Origin: Candidatus Aenigmatarchaeota archaeon
GTDB lineage: Archaea > Aenigmatarchaeota > Aenigmatarchaeia > CG10238-14
Assembly (NCBI GenBank): GCA_044343545.1
Contig: JAWBZR010000008.1
Coordinates: forward strand, 1 to 27,048
DNA: 27,048 nucleotides
Reading direction: 5' to 3'
Both the position numbers and the translations under genes were made by a program. Position 1 is the stretch's first letter; the number at the start of each line of letters is the position of its first letter. A model generated the notes under the pieces. That model had not been told where the DNA came from. It saw only the letters and a program-made list of their open reading frames with translations, and did no database searches. Positions 7,709 through 17,465 of this stretch are shown here, one piece after another.

Positions 7709-10700
7709 TTAATTATACTGTTCCTCTACTTTCAGTAAAATTTCACTATATAAAGACAAAGCTTTCTTAAGCTCTTCCATCAATTCAGGTTTGGTGTAAC
7801 TCTCCCTAACTTGCCCGTCAGAAAAACGAATCACTGCTTCGCCTTCAGGAGATGATAACTCGTAAATTTTTTCCTTTGGTGTTTCCATTACAACAAGCTT
7901 CTTGCCTTCATAAACCATTTCACCCTTTACAGTTTCTCTACCTATTTTGACGCTTAACCTTATGCCAAAAGATTCATACTCTATTATCTTTTCATCGCCA
8001 ACACATTCTACCCTTACACGATTTTTGTAAGTGACTTTTTGCTTAACAAATTTCAAAAAATCCATGTATCTTTTTAGCAAAGTTTGCGTCGATGATAAGG
8101 AAGGTTTGAAAATTAAATATGTACATTTCGCGCCCGTCAAAATGTCACCTTCTAACATTAGGCACACAGAATAATTACCGTATCTCTCTATCGGAAGCAA
8201 GATATTATGATCGCTCAAGCCTGGTTGCAACTTCAATGTTTGATTCATAATTATACTTGACGCTTCACCTTCGATTAATATAATTGCTTGCACTGTCGAA
8301 TTTTTTGAGCTATAAACGCTAAAAGTTAGTAAAGATCTGCTTGCACTAATTTTTGTTATTTCAAGTTGGGATGAATAAACTACATTGATGGTTATGTTTG
8401 TCAAAATTCCGCCAGAACTCGTCACGGGAATTATGATTAATTCTAAAGCTGTCCTATTATCCAAAAGTTTATATGTTTCATACCAAAAGTTAGATGTTAT
8501 TGGCATAGAAATTAGATTTTCTTGAATTTCATCTGCGTCAAAACTTATATTTTTGATAACAGAATCGGAAGGCAATATAATTGTGTGTTTCAAAATTGGT
8601 ATTTCATCTATGTATTCTGCTTCCTTAAAACTTGCAACTCTTCCAGATGGTGTACTTATAATAGTATAGTTAGGATTTATAATATAATTAATCAATAAAT
8701 TTTCATTGATTTGTCGAACTTCCTCTGATTGTTGTAGCTCTAAAAATGGATCGAAAATTTTTGTGGGCTCACCATAAAGTGTTCTCGTATAATATTCTTT
8801 CAAGTACGGCGTTGCGTTGAAGAAAGAAAAATTTTTCATAGCATTATAATATTTAAATAAATTGTTTTTACCTTTGGAAACAACATAAGCAATTTCGCCA
8901 TTAAAATTTTTTAAAATCTGAAAACTGGAAAAGCTTGATTGTGGCGTATAAACAGATCCGGTTGTAGCTAAAATGGATGGAACATATATTTTTTGCAACT
9001 GTTCCACACTTTCATAACTTTGAGGATAGTAAAGATAAACAAACGATTGCATGGATGGTAAGCTTGTTATTTTTATACTTCCATTACTAGGAAAGTACCA
9101 ATGTGTTTTATTTCCAAAAGCCATATAAAGAATTATGTCTTTTTTGGAAGCGTGTGAAATAATATTTTCTTCATTATAAATTGGAAAGTGTTTTAATACG
9201 AAATTTTTGTTAGACAAAATCTTATCAAAAATCTCACTCCAATCAAACTCTACCAACAAATAAACCGCTTCATTGAAAGTAGAAAAAATGAATTTCAATT
9301 GGCTTAACAAGCCATCGAAATTATCATCTTTCACGTAATTCTTTATATCTTCAATAATGGAACCTATCTCTTCTGACGTATATGTTTCTTTTGATGCTCT
9401 TCTTTCTACAAGAGTTGTGACATTAAAACCATATGCTTTAAGATAACCTCTTAACATTTGAGAATATTTCATTAGTGGAACTGAGTAAAACAAATCCAAA
9501 ATTTGTGGCGTATCGTATACCGAAACTATTAATGCATTTTTATTAGTTTTTGGCTCAAAATATATTTGATGTGTCATTGCTTCGAAAGATCCTTCCAATC
9601 TCGAAACAGATAAATCTAAGTAACCGTCATCGTTTAAATCCGCATAAAACACGTCAGTTTTTATTTCATCACCGTCATAATCTATTAAGCCATCATTCAC
9701 TGGATCGTTAACAAAAAAATAAGGTGCGTCTATCAATGCTAAAAATAACTTGTTTTTGAGTTTGAAATCAAGTGTATATTTATATCTTGACAAGTGAATT
9801 TTGTCTTTAAGTTTTTGTTTTGCTTGGTTTGCATCACCGGAAAATAATATTATGAAACCATTATGTTTGAATGCTAATGAAGAAGATAAAAAAGATTTAT
9901 CGCTATTTTCATTAACTAAAATTATATAGTTGGTAGTTTTTGATTTTAAGAGATAAAGGTTTTCACTTTCCTGAATGGAAGAAATATTGTATATTTTTTT
10001 GGGTTTTAGTAAACTTAATATTTCTTCTGTCGGTTCTATAACTATAGGTAGATTTATTGATGAGGATTTTATTGCAACATTTTTTTCTGAAGGTACTATT
10101 ATTTCTTTATTTTTGAAAAACATTAAATAAAGCGTTTCTCTATCTATATAATAGTGTTCTATGTTTGTGGGGATGTTTGAATTCAAAAAAAATATTTGTT
10201 TTGGTTCATATAAGCTTATTAAATTTGACGAGTTCGTCACCAAGACCGTCTTGTTGGTGGAAGCCGAAGCTATGTAGTTTTTCCAATCATCATTAGTGAT
10301 TATTATGGAATTTTCTTTTGGCTCTGTTAAAATGTAAGAATCTTGTTTTGCCGTACTGAAAGGTGTCATCAAAGTGAATTGTTTTTTTCCTAAATTATTT
10401 GTTTGTATTTTTATTTCAAAGAAATATGTTCCATTTTTATAATTTTCGAATGAAATTTTTTCTATAGATGTTTGAGGAACTGTAATATTGAAATCGTTAA
10501 AAGTTAAATTTACAATTGGCTGATTTTGTTGAAACATATTAACATATATTTTTTGTGGCGTGTTTATGTAAATCATTTTAGATAAATTAAAAGTAATGTT
10601 TACTGGTTTTATTTCTTCTTCTGGCCCTAAATAAACTTGCGGCCAAGGTTCTATGTAAAGCGTGACGATTGCATCATCATACCATGACTTTCTATTAATA

Positions 10701-11653
10701 TCCTCTATGTTAGAATATCTGCTAAAGCCTATACTTCCATTTTTAAATGTAGAATCGTTTACGTCAAATATTAATTTATTATCAAAAAAAACTTTTATAT
10801 TTGGATAGGATCGAATTACTTTAAATTCATACCATTTGTTTATTTCGGGTGGCGTCAAATTATAATATGAATAATTAGAAGGATATACAGCACCTAATGT
10901 ATAATGTTGATGCATATCATTAAGAACTTTTCTTAATTGAAATGTCCAACCGCCTATTCCTGAACCAATATGATACTCCCAATGAACTTGGTACCTAAAT
11001 CCACTTTTATTTTGAACATTAAAACTAATTCCAAAACTCCAAACATTTGCTTGTGTTCCTATCATCGCATATGATGAATATGTAAAATTCTCCAAATCTA
11101 TATTAGTATTATTTAATGTAACCCAATTTATATATAGACCATTTTCAAAAACAGATTTGTTTCCAGATTTTGATTTGGAATTATCTATCCTCCAAACGCC
11201 ACCATTAGAATACCAACCATTATATGGTGGTGTTAAACTTACATTATAATTTTCAAAATCGTCAAAAAAATAATATACATTTGATTTATTAACATAATCT
11301 AAACTAGCATTTTTATTTCCATAATATAAATAATAACTACCATTTACTAAATCTTCGTCAATTCTAAAATATATATATGTTTTGTTTTTTCCGCAATCAT
11401 AAATGATTTTGTCTTTTTGTATTTGATCATTGTAATATATTCTTAAATCTGAACAATCTGGGTTTATTTTATTCTCTTTAATCAAATCAAAAGTATTTAA
11501 AGTAAAATTAATTGTAAAAAATTTTGGTAAATTTTGATTATCGATAATTATTTTCCTTTTAAACTTATAATTATTTATGTCTTCGGCTAAGCACAAATTA
11601 AAGAAAAATAATATGCATAAAATTAGAAAAAATAATAGTTTGACTTTATTCAC
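7709..11653 (-). CDS. Large secreted surface protein: signal peptide, DUF2341-like and lectin/LamG-like beta domain, Ig-like segment, cell-wall-binding-2-like repeats, degenerate peptidase C25-like domain
   Basis: Signal peptide MNKVKLLFFLILCILFFFNLCLA; DCSDLRIY, YYLYYGN and FFDDFE (DUF2341 style); NKWYEFKV...GSIGF...YDD (concanavalin-like); DVFYADLNDDGYLDLSVSRL and LYGEP (C25-like); many N-X-S/T sequons. Confidence 0.8.
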   Translation of the reverse strand: MNKVKLLFFLILCILFFFNLCLAEDINNYKFKRKIIIDNQNLPKFFTINFTLNTFDLIKENKINPDCSDLRIYYNDQIQKDKIIYDCGKNKTYIYFRIDEDLVNGSYYLYYGNKNASLDYVNKSNVYYFFDDFENYNVSLTPPYNGWYSNGGVWRIDNSKSKSGNKSVFENGLYINWVTLNNTNIDLENFTYSSYAMIGTQANVWSFGISFNVQNKSGFRYQVHWEYHIGSGIGGWTFQLRKVLNDMHQHYTLGAVYPSNYSYYNLTPPEINKWYEFKVIRSYPNIKVFFDNKLIFDVNDSTFKNGSIGFSRYSNIEDINRKSWYDDAIVTLYIEPWPQVYLGPEEEIKPVNITFNLSKMIYINTPQKIYVNMFQQNQPIVNLTFNDFNITVPQTSIEKISFENYKNGTYFFEIKIQTNNLGKKQFTLMTPFSTAKQDSYILTEPKENSIIITNDDWKNYIASASTNKTVLVTNSSNLISLYEPKQIFFLNSNIPTNIEHYYIDRETLYLMFFKNKEIIVPSEKNVAIKSSSINLPIVIEPTEEILSLLKPKKIYNISSIQESENLYLLKSKTTNYIILVNENSDKSFLSSSLAFKHNGFIILFSGDANQAKQKLKDKIHLSRYKYTLDFKLKNKLFLALIDAPYFFVNDPVNDGLIDYDGDEIKTDVFYADLNDDGYLDLSVSRLEGSFEAMTHQIYFEPKTNKNALIVSVYDTPQILDLFYSVPLMKYSQMLRGYLKAYGFNVTTLVERRASKETYTSEEIGSIIEDIKNYVKDDNFDGLLSQLKFIFSTFNEAVYLLVEFDWSEIFDKILSNKNFVLKHFPIYNEENIISHASKKDIILYMAFGNKTHWYFPSNGSIKITSLPSMQSFVYLYYPQSYESVEQLQKIYVPSILATTGSVYTPQSSFSSFQILKNFNGEIAYVVSKGKNNLFKYYNAMKNFSFFNATPYLKEYYTRTLYGEPTKIFDPFLELQQSEEVRQINENLLINYIINPNYTIISTPSGRVASFKEAEYIDEIPILKHTIILPSDSVIKNISFDADEIQENLISMPITSNFWYETYKLLDNRTALELIIIPVTSSGGILTNITINVVYSSQLEITKISASRSLLTFSVYSSKNSTVQAIILIEGEASSIIMNQTLKLQPGLSDHNILLPIERYGNYSVCLMLEGDILTGAKCTYLIFKPSLSSTQTLLKRYMDFLKFVKQKVTYKNRVRVECVGDEKIIEYESFGIRLSVKIGRETVKGEMVYEGKKLVVMETPKEKIYELSSPEGEAVIRFSDGQVRESYTKPELMEELKKALSLYSEILLKVEEQYN

Positions 11654-11774
11654 AAAATATATAGTATTTATTTAATTTTAATTTTTGTATCTCGCTTTTT
11701 GTTCAAATGATGTTTTTTAACGAACTGTATTATATTAATATCACACTCTTACCGCATATGTAATTTTATAAAAA

Positions 11775-12421
11775 ATTATTTGTTAATGAAAAATTTATAC
11801 ACCATTTTAGTTTTAAATCTCACAAGATTTTTGTAATTATATTTTTCACCCATAAAAAAAATATTTGTTTTAAATAGTATTTTGATAAACTAAATAAAAT
11901 TTCGTATTCACAGTCGCCATAATCAATAAATTTTTTGTAGTACCTGCTCAAGTATAATTATTTTTATCATCGAAAAATCAAAAATGTATTGTTTATTTTT
12001 TCCGACATACAAAGTTTTACAAGATATTTTTGTCATAGCACTATCAAAAATTTTTATATTTTTAATATTATTTATTTCAATATTTTTCTTAAACAAAAGA
12101 AAAATTTCTATTGAAAGATCAAAAACATACAACACCTTTTTGCATAAAAATTGTAAACATAAAAAATTTCCCAATACGTGTCATAATCTATTACTACAAT
12201 ATCTTTTTTAATTTCAAAACCCTTTAACTGTATATAATTTTATCCCTATTTCATTTAATATTGCAAAATCGTTCGTTTCTTGTTACACACCTCAAACCAT
12301 TTTAAAAAAAACATATTTCTTTGACAACGACTGCATAACTCACTACATAAATGTACCGGTTGGTTACCATTGCAATCTATACCTAAAAGAACTTCAAAAC
12401 TTATTAATATTTTCCTAACAT
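11775..12421 (-). pseudogene. Heavily decayed FkbM-family methyltransferase
   Basis: Collinear fragments in shifting frames: TNDFAILNEI (12276-12247), GFEIKKDIVVID (12221-12186) then RIGKF, FKKNIEINNIKNIKIF (about 12093-12046), IDYGDCEYEILFSL (11927-11886). Boundaries are approximate. Confidence 0.7.
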
Positions 12422-12449
12422 ACATTGTTATATAATTGATGGTGATTGT

Positions 12450-13517
12450 TTGAAAATAGCACTATTTTTTGATATTTTTGATGAAATGGGCGGTGCTGAA
12501 AAGGTTGCTATAATGTTAGCAAAAAAACTTAAAGCAGATATATATACGACCTATGTTAATTGGAAGTTATTCGAAAAAGAATTGAAAGGTTTGAATGTTA
12601 AGGAAATAGGTTTAACATTTAAAAATCACAAACTTTTGTCTTATACTGAAATTGCCCTTAGATTTTCTCAATTGAAAGTTGAAAATTATGATTTTTACAT
12701 TTTTATGAGACTTTACTGCATTTCTGCTGCTAGAAACCATCATCCAAATTTATGGCTTTGCTCAAGTCCCATAAGATCTGTTTATGATTTACATGAATTT
12801 ATATATAAAAATTTGAAATTTTGGCAAAAACCGATATTCAAATTATGGTGTTTAATCTACAAATATTTTGATAAAAAATGGGTGAAGAATTTTGATAAAA
12901 TAACTGCAAATTCTAAAAATGTGGCTAAAAGGTTAAAAGATTTTTATGGGTTAGATGTGGAAGTAACACATCACCCCATAGAATTTAAAAAATATAAATA
13001 CTCTGAACCTGAAGATTATTATTTTGCCCCAGGAAGGTTTGTTAAAGAAAAAAGAATAGATTTGATTATAAAAGCATTCAAAAAAATGCCAAATAAAAAA
13101 TTAATAATAGCAGGTGACGGCCCTGAAAGGAAATATCTTCTTAATTTAGCAAGAGGCTGCAAAAACATAAAATTCGTTGGTGCTGTTGAGCAAGAAAAAA
13201 TGATAGAATTATATTCAAAATGCATAGCAACAATTTACATGCCTATTAATGAAGATTATGGTTTAGTACCAATAGAGTCTATGGCTTCAGGAAAGCCTTG
13301 CATAGCAGCTAATGAAGGCGGACCAAAAGAAACTATAGTTCATGGTAAAACTGGATTTTTAATAGAAGCAAAAGAAGATGAAATAATAAAATATGTAAAC
13401 ATTATGACGAAAGATTTGGCAAAAAAAATGAAAGATGATTGCATTGAAAGAGCTAAAGAATTTGATATTGATATATTTATTAAAAAAATAAAAAAAATAA
13501 TAAGGTCTGGTAAATAA
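12450..13517 (+). CDS. Glycosyltransferase family 4
   Basis: GGAEKV, GRFVKEKR, AGDGP, EDYGLVPIE (EX7E); TTG start with GGTGA RBS at 12441-12445. Confidence 0.93.
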   Translation: MKIALFFDIFDEMGGAEKVAIMLAKKLKADIYTTYVNWKLFEKELKGLNVKEIGLTFKNHKLLSYTEIALRFSQLKVENYDFYIFMRLYCISAARNHHPNLWLCSSPIRSVYDLHEFIYKNLKFWQKPIFKLWCLIYKYFDKKWVKNFDKITANSKNVAKRLKDFYGLDVEVTHHPIEFKKYKYSEPEDYYFAPGRFVKEKRIDLIIKAFKKMPNKKLIIAGDGPERKYLLNLARGCKNIKFVGAVEQEKMIELYSKCIATIYMPINEDYGLVPIESMASGKPCIAANEGGPKETIVHGKTGFLIEAKEDEIIKYVNIMTKDLAKKMKDDCIERAKEFDIDIFIKKIKKIIRSGK

Positions 13518-14065
13518 TGAAAATTTTAGATGTAGGTTGTAGCACCATAGATAGAAAATATAAAAGCTCGGACCCTAAAGACAAAGTAATAGGTTTAGAT
13601 AAATTTCATATTAGCGGCGCTGATATATTAGCTGACTTGGAAAAAACACTTCCGTTCAAAGATAATTCGTTTGATATGATAATTGCTAGTCATGTATTAG
13701 AACATACAAATAATTTTTTCTCTGTCATGGAAGAGATACATAGAATTTTGAAACCAAAAGGTATTTTAAAAGTTTGGGTGCCTCATTTTTCTTCTAACTT
13801 AGCTTATACAAATCCTGATCATAAAAGATTTTTTGGAGTATACAGTTTTGACATTTTTGATCAAAAAAATAGAGAAAATTATTATTCAAAAGCTAGATTT
13901 CTAGTTAAAAAAAGAAAATTAATTTTTATTCATGAAGGCATATTTTATTTTCTTAATTATATTTTTAATCCATTAATAAATTTGAGACTACCTTTTTTTG
14001 AAAAATTCATTAATCCTTTTATAAGAGTTGATGATATATATGTCGAAATGGAATGTATAAAATAA
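13517..14065 (+). CDS. Class I SAM-dependent methyltransferase (type 11, glycan-cluster type)
   Basis: ILDVGC, LPFKDNSFD, HVLEH, RILKPKG; start overlaps the upstream stop (TAATG). Confidence 0.88.
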   Translation: MKILDVGCSTIDRKYKSSDPKDKVIGLDKFHISGADILADLEKTLPFKDNSFDMIIASHVLEHTNNFFSVMEEIHRILKPKGILKVWVPHFSSNLAYTNPDHKRFFGVYSFDIFDQKNRENYYSKARFLVKKRKLIFIHEGIFYFLNYIFNPLINLRLPFFEKFINPFIRVDDIYVEMECIK

Positions 14066-14086
14066 TTAACTTCAAATAAAAATATT

Positions 14087-15013
14087 ATGCTTGTTTCAAT
14101 AATAATTCCAGTTTATAATGAAGAAAAAGATATAAAAGATGTTCTAGATTCTATAACTAAACAAACATATCCACAAGAAAAAATAGAAACTATTGTCATA
14201 GATGACAAATCCACCGATAAAACAGTAGAAATAGCCAAGAAATATCCTGTTAAGATTATTAAAGGCAAGCACGAAGGTGTCGGCGCTGCGAGAAATTTAG
14301 GAATCAAGAATTCAAAAGGAGAGATAATATTTTTTGTTGATGCTGATCAAGTTTTGGATAAAAATTATGTAAAAGAAATGGTAAATATATTTAGAGATAA
14401 AAATGTTGCTGGTGCTTCTGGATTAGAATTGCTATATAACAAAAACAGCTTGATAGCCAAACTATCTTACCTGAAAAAACGTTTAGGTTATGAAACGTCT
14501 AATCTCGTACCTTTAGGTGCTGTAAGAAAAGAAATAATTAAAAAAATTGGATTCATCAACCCGAAATATGGAATGTATGATGATTGGGAGTTTGCAAAAA
14601 GAGTATCAAAAAAATATAGGATAGTTAAAACGAAGAAAGCAAAATTTTATCACAAAGAGCCAGACAATATCAAAGAAATCTACAGACAATGCAAATGGAC
14701 AGCCAAATCAAACCTATTTTTGCTTTTGAGAAAGGAATATAAAAAAGCATTAGTTAATTTTGGTTTTATTTTTCTAAATGCTTTATTACCTGTATACATT
14801 TTGCTTTTATTTTTGCCAAAACCTTTAAATTTGTTAGGATTTTTTGGACTAACAGCATTTTTAATAGTAGAATTGTCAAGAAGTTTTAAAATGTTTAAAA
14901 TAACAAAATGGAAAGAATCCTTTCTCACACCGCTTTATGATTGCATTTATATGATTTTTGTTTTGATTGGATTGATAGCTGCATTAATACGCAAAGAAAG
15001 TTTTGGTGTTTAA
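14087..15013 (+). CDS. Glycosyltransferase family 2 with C-terminal membrane helices
   Basis: SIIIPVYNE, DDKSTD, ARNLG, FVDAD (DxD), hydrophobic C-terminus. Confidence 0.93.
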   Translation: MLVSIIIPVYNEEKDIKDVLDSITKQTYPQEKIETIVIDDKSTDKTVEIAKKYPVKIIKGKHEGVGAARNLGIKNSKGEIIFFVDADQVLDKNYVKEMVNIFRDKNVAGASGLELLYNKNSLIAKLSYLKKRLGYETSNLVPLGAVRKEIIKKIGFINPKYGMYDDWEFAKRVSKKYRIVKTKKAKFYHKEPDNIKEIYRQCKWTAKSNLFLLLRKEYKKALVNFGFIFLNALLPVYILLLFLPKPLNLLGFFGLTAFLIVELSRSFKMFKITKWKESFLTPLYDCIYMIFVLIGLIAALIRKESFGV

Positions 15014-15203
15014 GTACTGCTTGAAAAATGTTTTGTTGAAATAAAAATTGAATCATAAATCGTTAACTCTCAATTTTGATTTTGAAAAATAAGTATTTTA
15101 TTCTTGAGTGACCAAGACACCACCATTATATTGATAAAGTTCGAGATAAACTTGAGTTTTGTGAGATTAAATAAATATTTTTAATTGCACAAATTAATTT
15201 TCA

Positions 15204-16406
15204 ATGAAAATATTCCTCTGCAACCAACATTTTTATCAAGTAGGCGGATCTGAAACGATGTTTTTTAAACTAATAGATTTTTTGAAAAACGAAGGTTATG
15301 ACATAGTGACGCTTGGTGTGTCTGCAGAAAAAAACGTGAAAATCGATGGAATCAAATCCTATTTTACGAAATCTTATTTGCAACAAAGAAAAATAAGAAT
15401 GCCGCTAAATAGAATTTTCAATCTACATGCATACAAAGTAACAAAAAAATTGATTAGAGAAGAAAATCCAAATATAGCTCATTTTTATAACACAAGCTTG
15501 TTGTCTCCTTCACCCATATTGGCTTGTTTGGAAAGTAAAATACCGACAATAAAAACCTTCAATGATTATGAACATCTTTGTCCAGATAGTAGCAAGACGA
15601 GGTGGTCTAAATTTTGTGAAAAAGAAATGTCCATATTGAACTGCATGAGTTGTGACAGGAAAAATATTAACCCTTCATTGCCTGTAATATTATATTATAC
15701 TACAATAATAAAAAATGTTGAATTAAAAATTTTCAAAAAAATTCATTGCATTTCTATATGCAAAATAATTCAAAAAGCCTTGCTTCAATCTGGAATAAAA
15801 TCTGAACTCATTTATCAAAGCATAACGCTACCAAAATACGTACCTCCAATAAAATTTACTGGAAATATATTGTATGCAGGAAGGCTGTCAAAAGAAAAAG
15901 GTGTTGATCAATTGATAAAAGCTTTAGATATAGTCAGAAAAAAATTTTCTAAAATTAAACTAATAATAGCAGGTGATGGAAAGGAAAGAAAAAATTTAGA
16001 AAATTTAGTTAAGATTTTAAGCTTGGAAAAAAATGTTGAATTTTTAGGTTGGGTTGATAGGGAAAGTTTGAAGAAAATATATGAAAATGTAGATTTCGCG
16101 GTTCTTCCATCTGTTTGGCAAGAACCTTTCGGATTAACAGGGCTGGAAGCGATGTCCTATGGAAGGCCGGTAATAGCCTTTGATGTGGGAGGAATAAGTG
16201 AATATGTTGAAAATAAAAAAAATGGTTTTTTAGTTAAAGTTTACGATGTGAAATCCTTGGCCGAAAAAATAACGATTCTATTAGAAAATGAAAAAATGCT
16301 TGAAAAATTTTCTAAAAATTCGATAAAAACAAGTAAAAAATTTTCTGATGAGATTTTCTTCAAAAAAATAAAAAATTTTTATGATAAAGTTTCATCATGT
16401 CAATAA
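15204..16406 (+). CDS. Glycosyltransferase family 4 with a four-cysteine insert
   Basis: VGGSE, GRLSKEKG, AGDG, EPFGLTGLE; internal CPD-x-C-x-CMSC cluster. Confidence 0.93.
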   Translation: MKIFLCNQHFYQVGGSETMFFKLIDFLKNEGYDIVTLGVSAEKNVKIDGIKSYFTKSYLQQRKIRMPLNRIFNLHAYKVTKKLIREENPNIAHFYNTSLLSPSPILACLESKIPTIKTFNDYEHLCPDSSKTRWSKFCEKEMSILNCMSCDRKNINPSLPVILYYTTIIKNVELKIFKKIHCISICKIIQKALLQSGIKSELIYQSITLPKYVPPIKFTGNILYAGRLSKEKGVDQLIKALDIVRKKFSKIKLIIAGDGKERKNLENLVKILSLEKNVEFLGWVDRESLKKIYENVDFAVLPSVWQEPFGLTGLEAMSYGRPVIAFDVGGISEYVENKKNGFLVKVYDVKSLAEKITILLENEKMLEKFSKNSIKTSKKFSDEIFFKKIKNFYDKVSSCQ

Positions 16407-17462
16407 TTTTTTGTAAGCTTTTATTGTTTTTTTCACGGTTTTGCTCCACACAAATCTCTTGCAATATTTTAATCCTCTTTCTGAAATTTTTCTCCAAAGA
16501 TCAATGTTATTCAAAAGAAATTCTATCTTTTTTTCTAAATCATCAAAAGACTTTACCTTTATGCATGTTTCCGAAACTTCTTTTGGAATTTGCGCGTCCT
16601 TTAATATTATTACAGGTGTTCCACAAACTTGAGATTCTATTAATGATAGTCCAAAGCCTTCATAATCAGATACATGAACATACAAGTACAAAGAATTGTA
16701 AAAATATCCGACATCTTCGACTGGTATAAATTTTTTATATTGTATTTCCCTTTCTTTCATCATTATATCTTGTATCCTGTTATATTTATCGACACCGGAA
16801 ATAATAAATTTGCAATTGGAATATTTTTTCAAAATATTTTTAAACACACGTTTGAGTTTCACTACATTAATTAAAGTTTTTTTGGAAATTCTTCCGCCCA
16901 TGAAGCCTATTATAGGATTTTTAAAATCTCTCAAGCCTTCGATTGGTCTAAATTTTTCTTCAGCAGCCAAATGTACAACAGTAATTCTATTTGGTTTTAT
17001 ACCTATGGATATTAACTTTTCTTTATTCATTTCAGAAATTGAAATGTAATAATCTGCGAATCTTATGAAAAAACCATACAGCTTGTTTAAAACAATATCT
17101 ATTATTCCTTTATCGAAATATCTAGATTGATTTAATGGCGCTTCAGGAACGTCTAAAATTGTCACAAAAACTTTTACGCCAAACAACTTTAAAATTGGAA
17201 AATACGGAGAATATACATGGGAAAGCGCGTGAAACCCGTCCACTTTTCTAGATAATAACAAATTTAACAGTTTATATAAACCATAAACAAAAAACAAAAA
17301 GTTACTTTTATCCCAAACGCTGTTTTCTGGCGCTGCTATCAATATTACATCAAGGCTTTTATCTTTTTTCAAACCCTCATATAATTCCGTGGCATAAATT
17401 TTTGTTCCGCTATAATATTTTCTTCCAATTTTTTTAATCATAAGGCAAATAGTTTTTTTCAT
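16395..17462 (-). CDS. Glycosyltransferase family 4
   Basis: SGTKIY, SISE, EGFGLSLIE (EX7E), CGTPVI, FVWSKT. Confidence 0.9.
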   Translation of the reverse strand: MKKTICLMIKKIGRKYYSGTKIYATELYEGLKKDKSLDVILIAAPENSVWDKSNFLFFVYGLYKLLNLLLSRKVDGFHALSHVYSPYFPILKLFGVKVFVTILDVPEAPLNQSRYFDKGIIDIVLNKLYGFFIRFADYYISISEMNKEKLISIGIKPNRITVVHLAAEEKFRPIEGLRDFKNPIIGFMGGRISKKTLINVVKLKRVFKNILKKYSNCKFIISGVDKYNRIQDIMMKEREIQYKKFIPVEDVGYFYNSLYLYVHVSDYEGFGLSLIESQVCGTPVIILKDAQIPKEVSETCIKVKSFDDLEKKIEFLLNNIDLWRKISERGLKYCKRFVWSKTVKKTIKAYKKLLT

Positions 17463-17465
17463 AAA

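Noticed and set aside
11923..12211. ORFs 11923-12174 (-) and 11984-12211 (+) as real genes
   Set aside because: The first is a fragment of the FkbM pseudogene and the second is its antisense shadow.
11654..12449. Replication origin or CRISPR leader in the AT-rich gap
   Set aside because: No ORB-like G-string repeats, no adjacent cdc6/orc1 and no repeat-spacer array. Pseudogene remnants explain most of the gap.
15014..15203. 190-bp intergenic region as ncRNA, MITE or gene remnant
   Set aside because: No convincing terminal repeats, stable hairpin or recognisable peptide was found.
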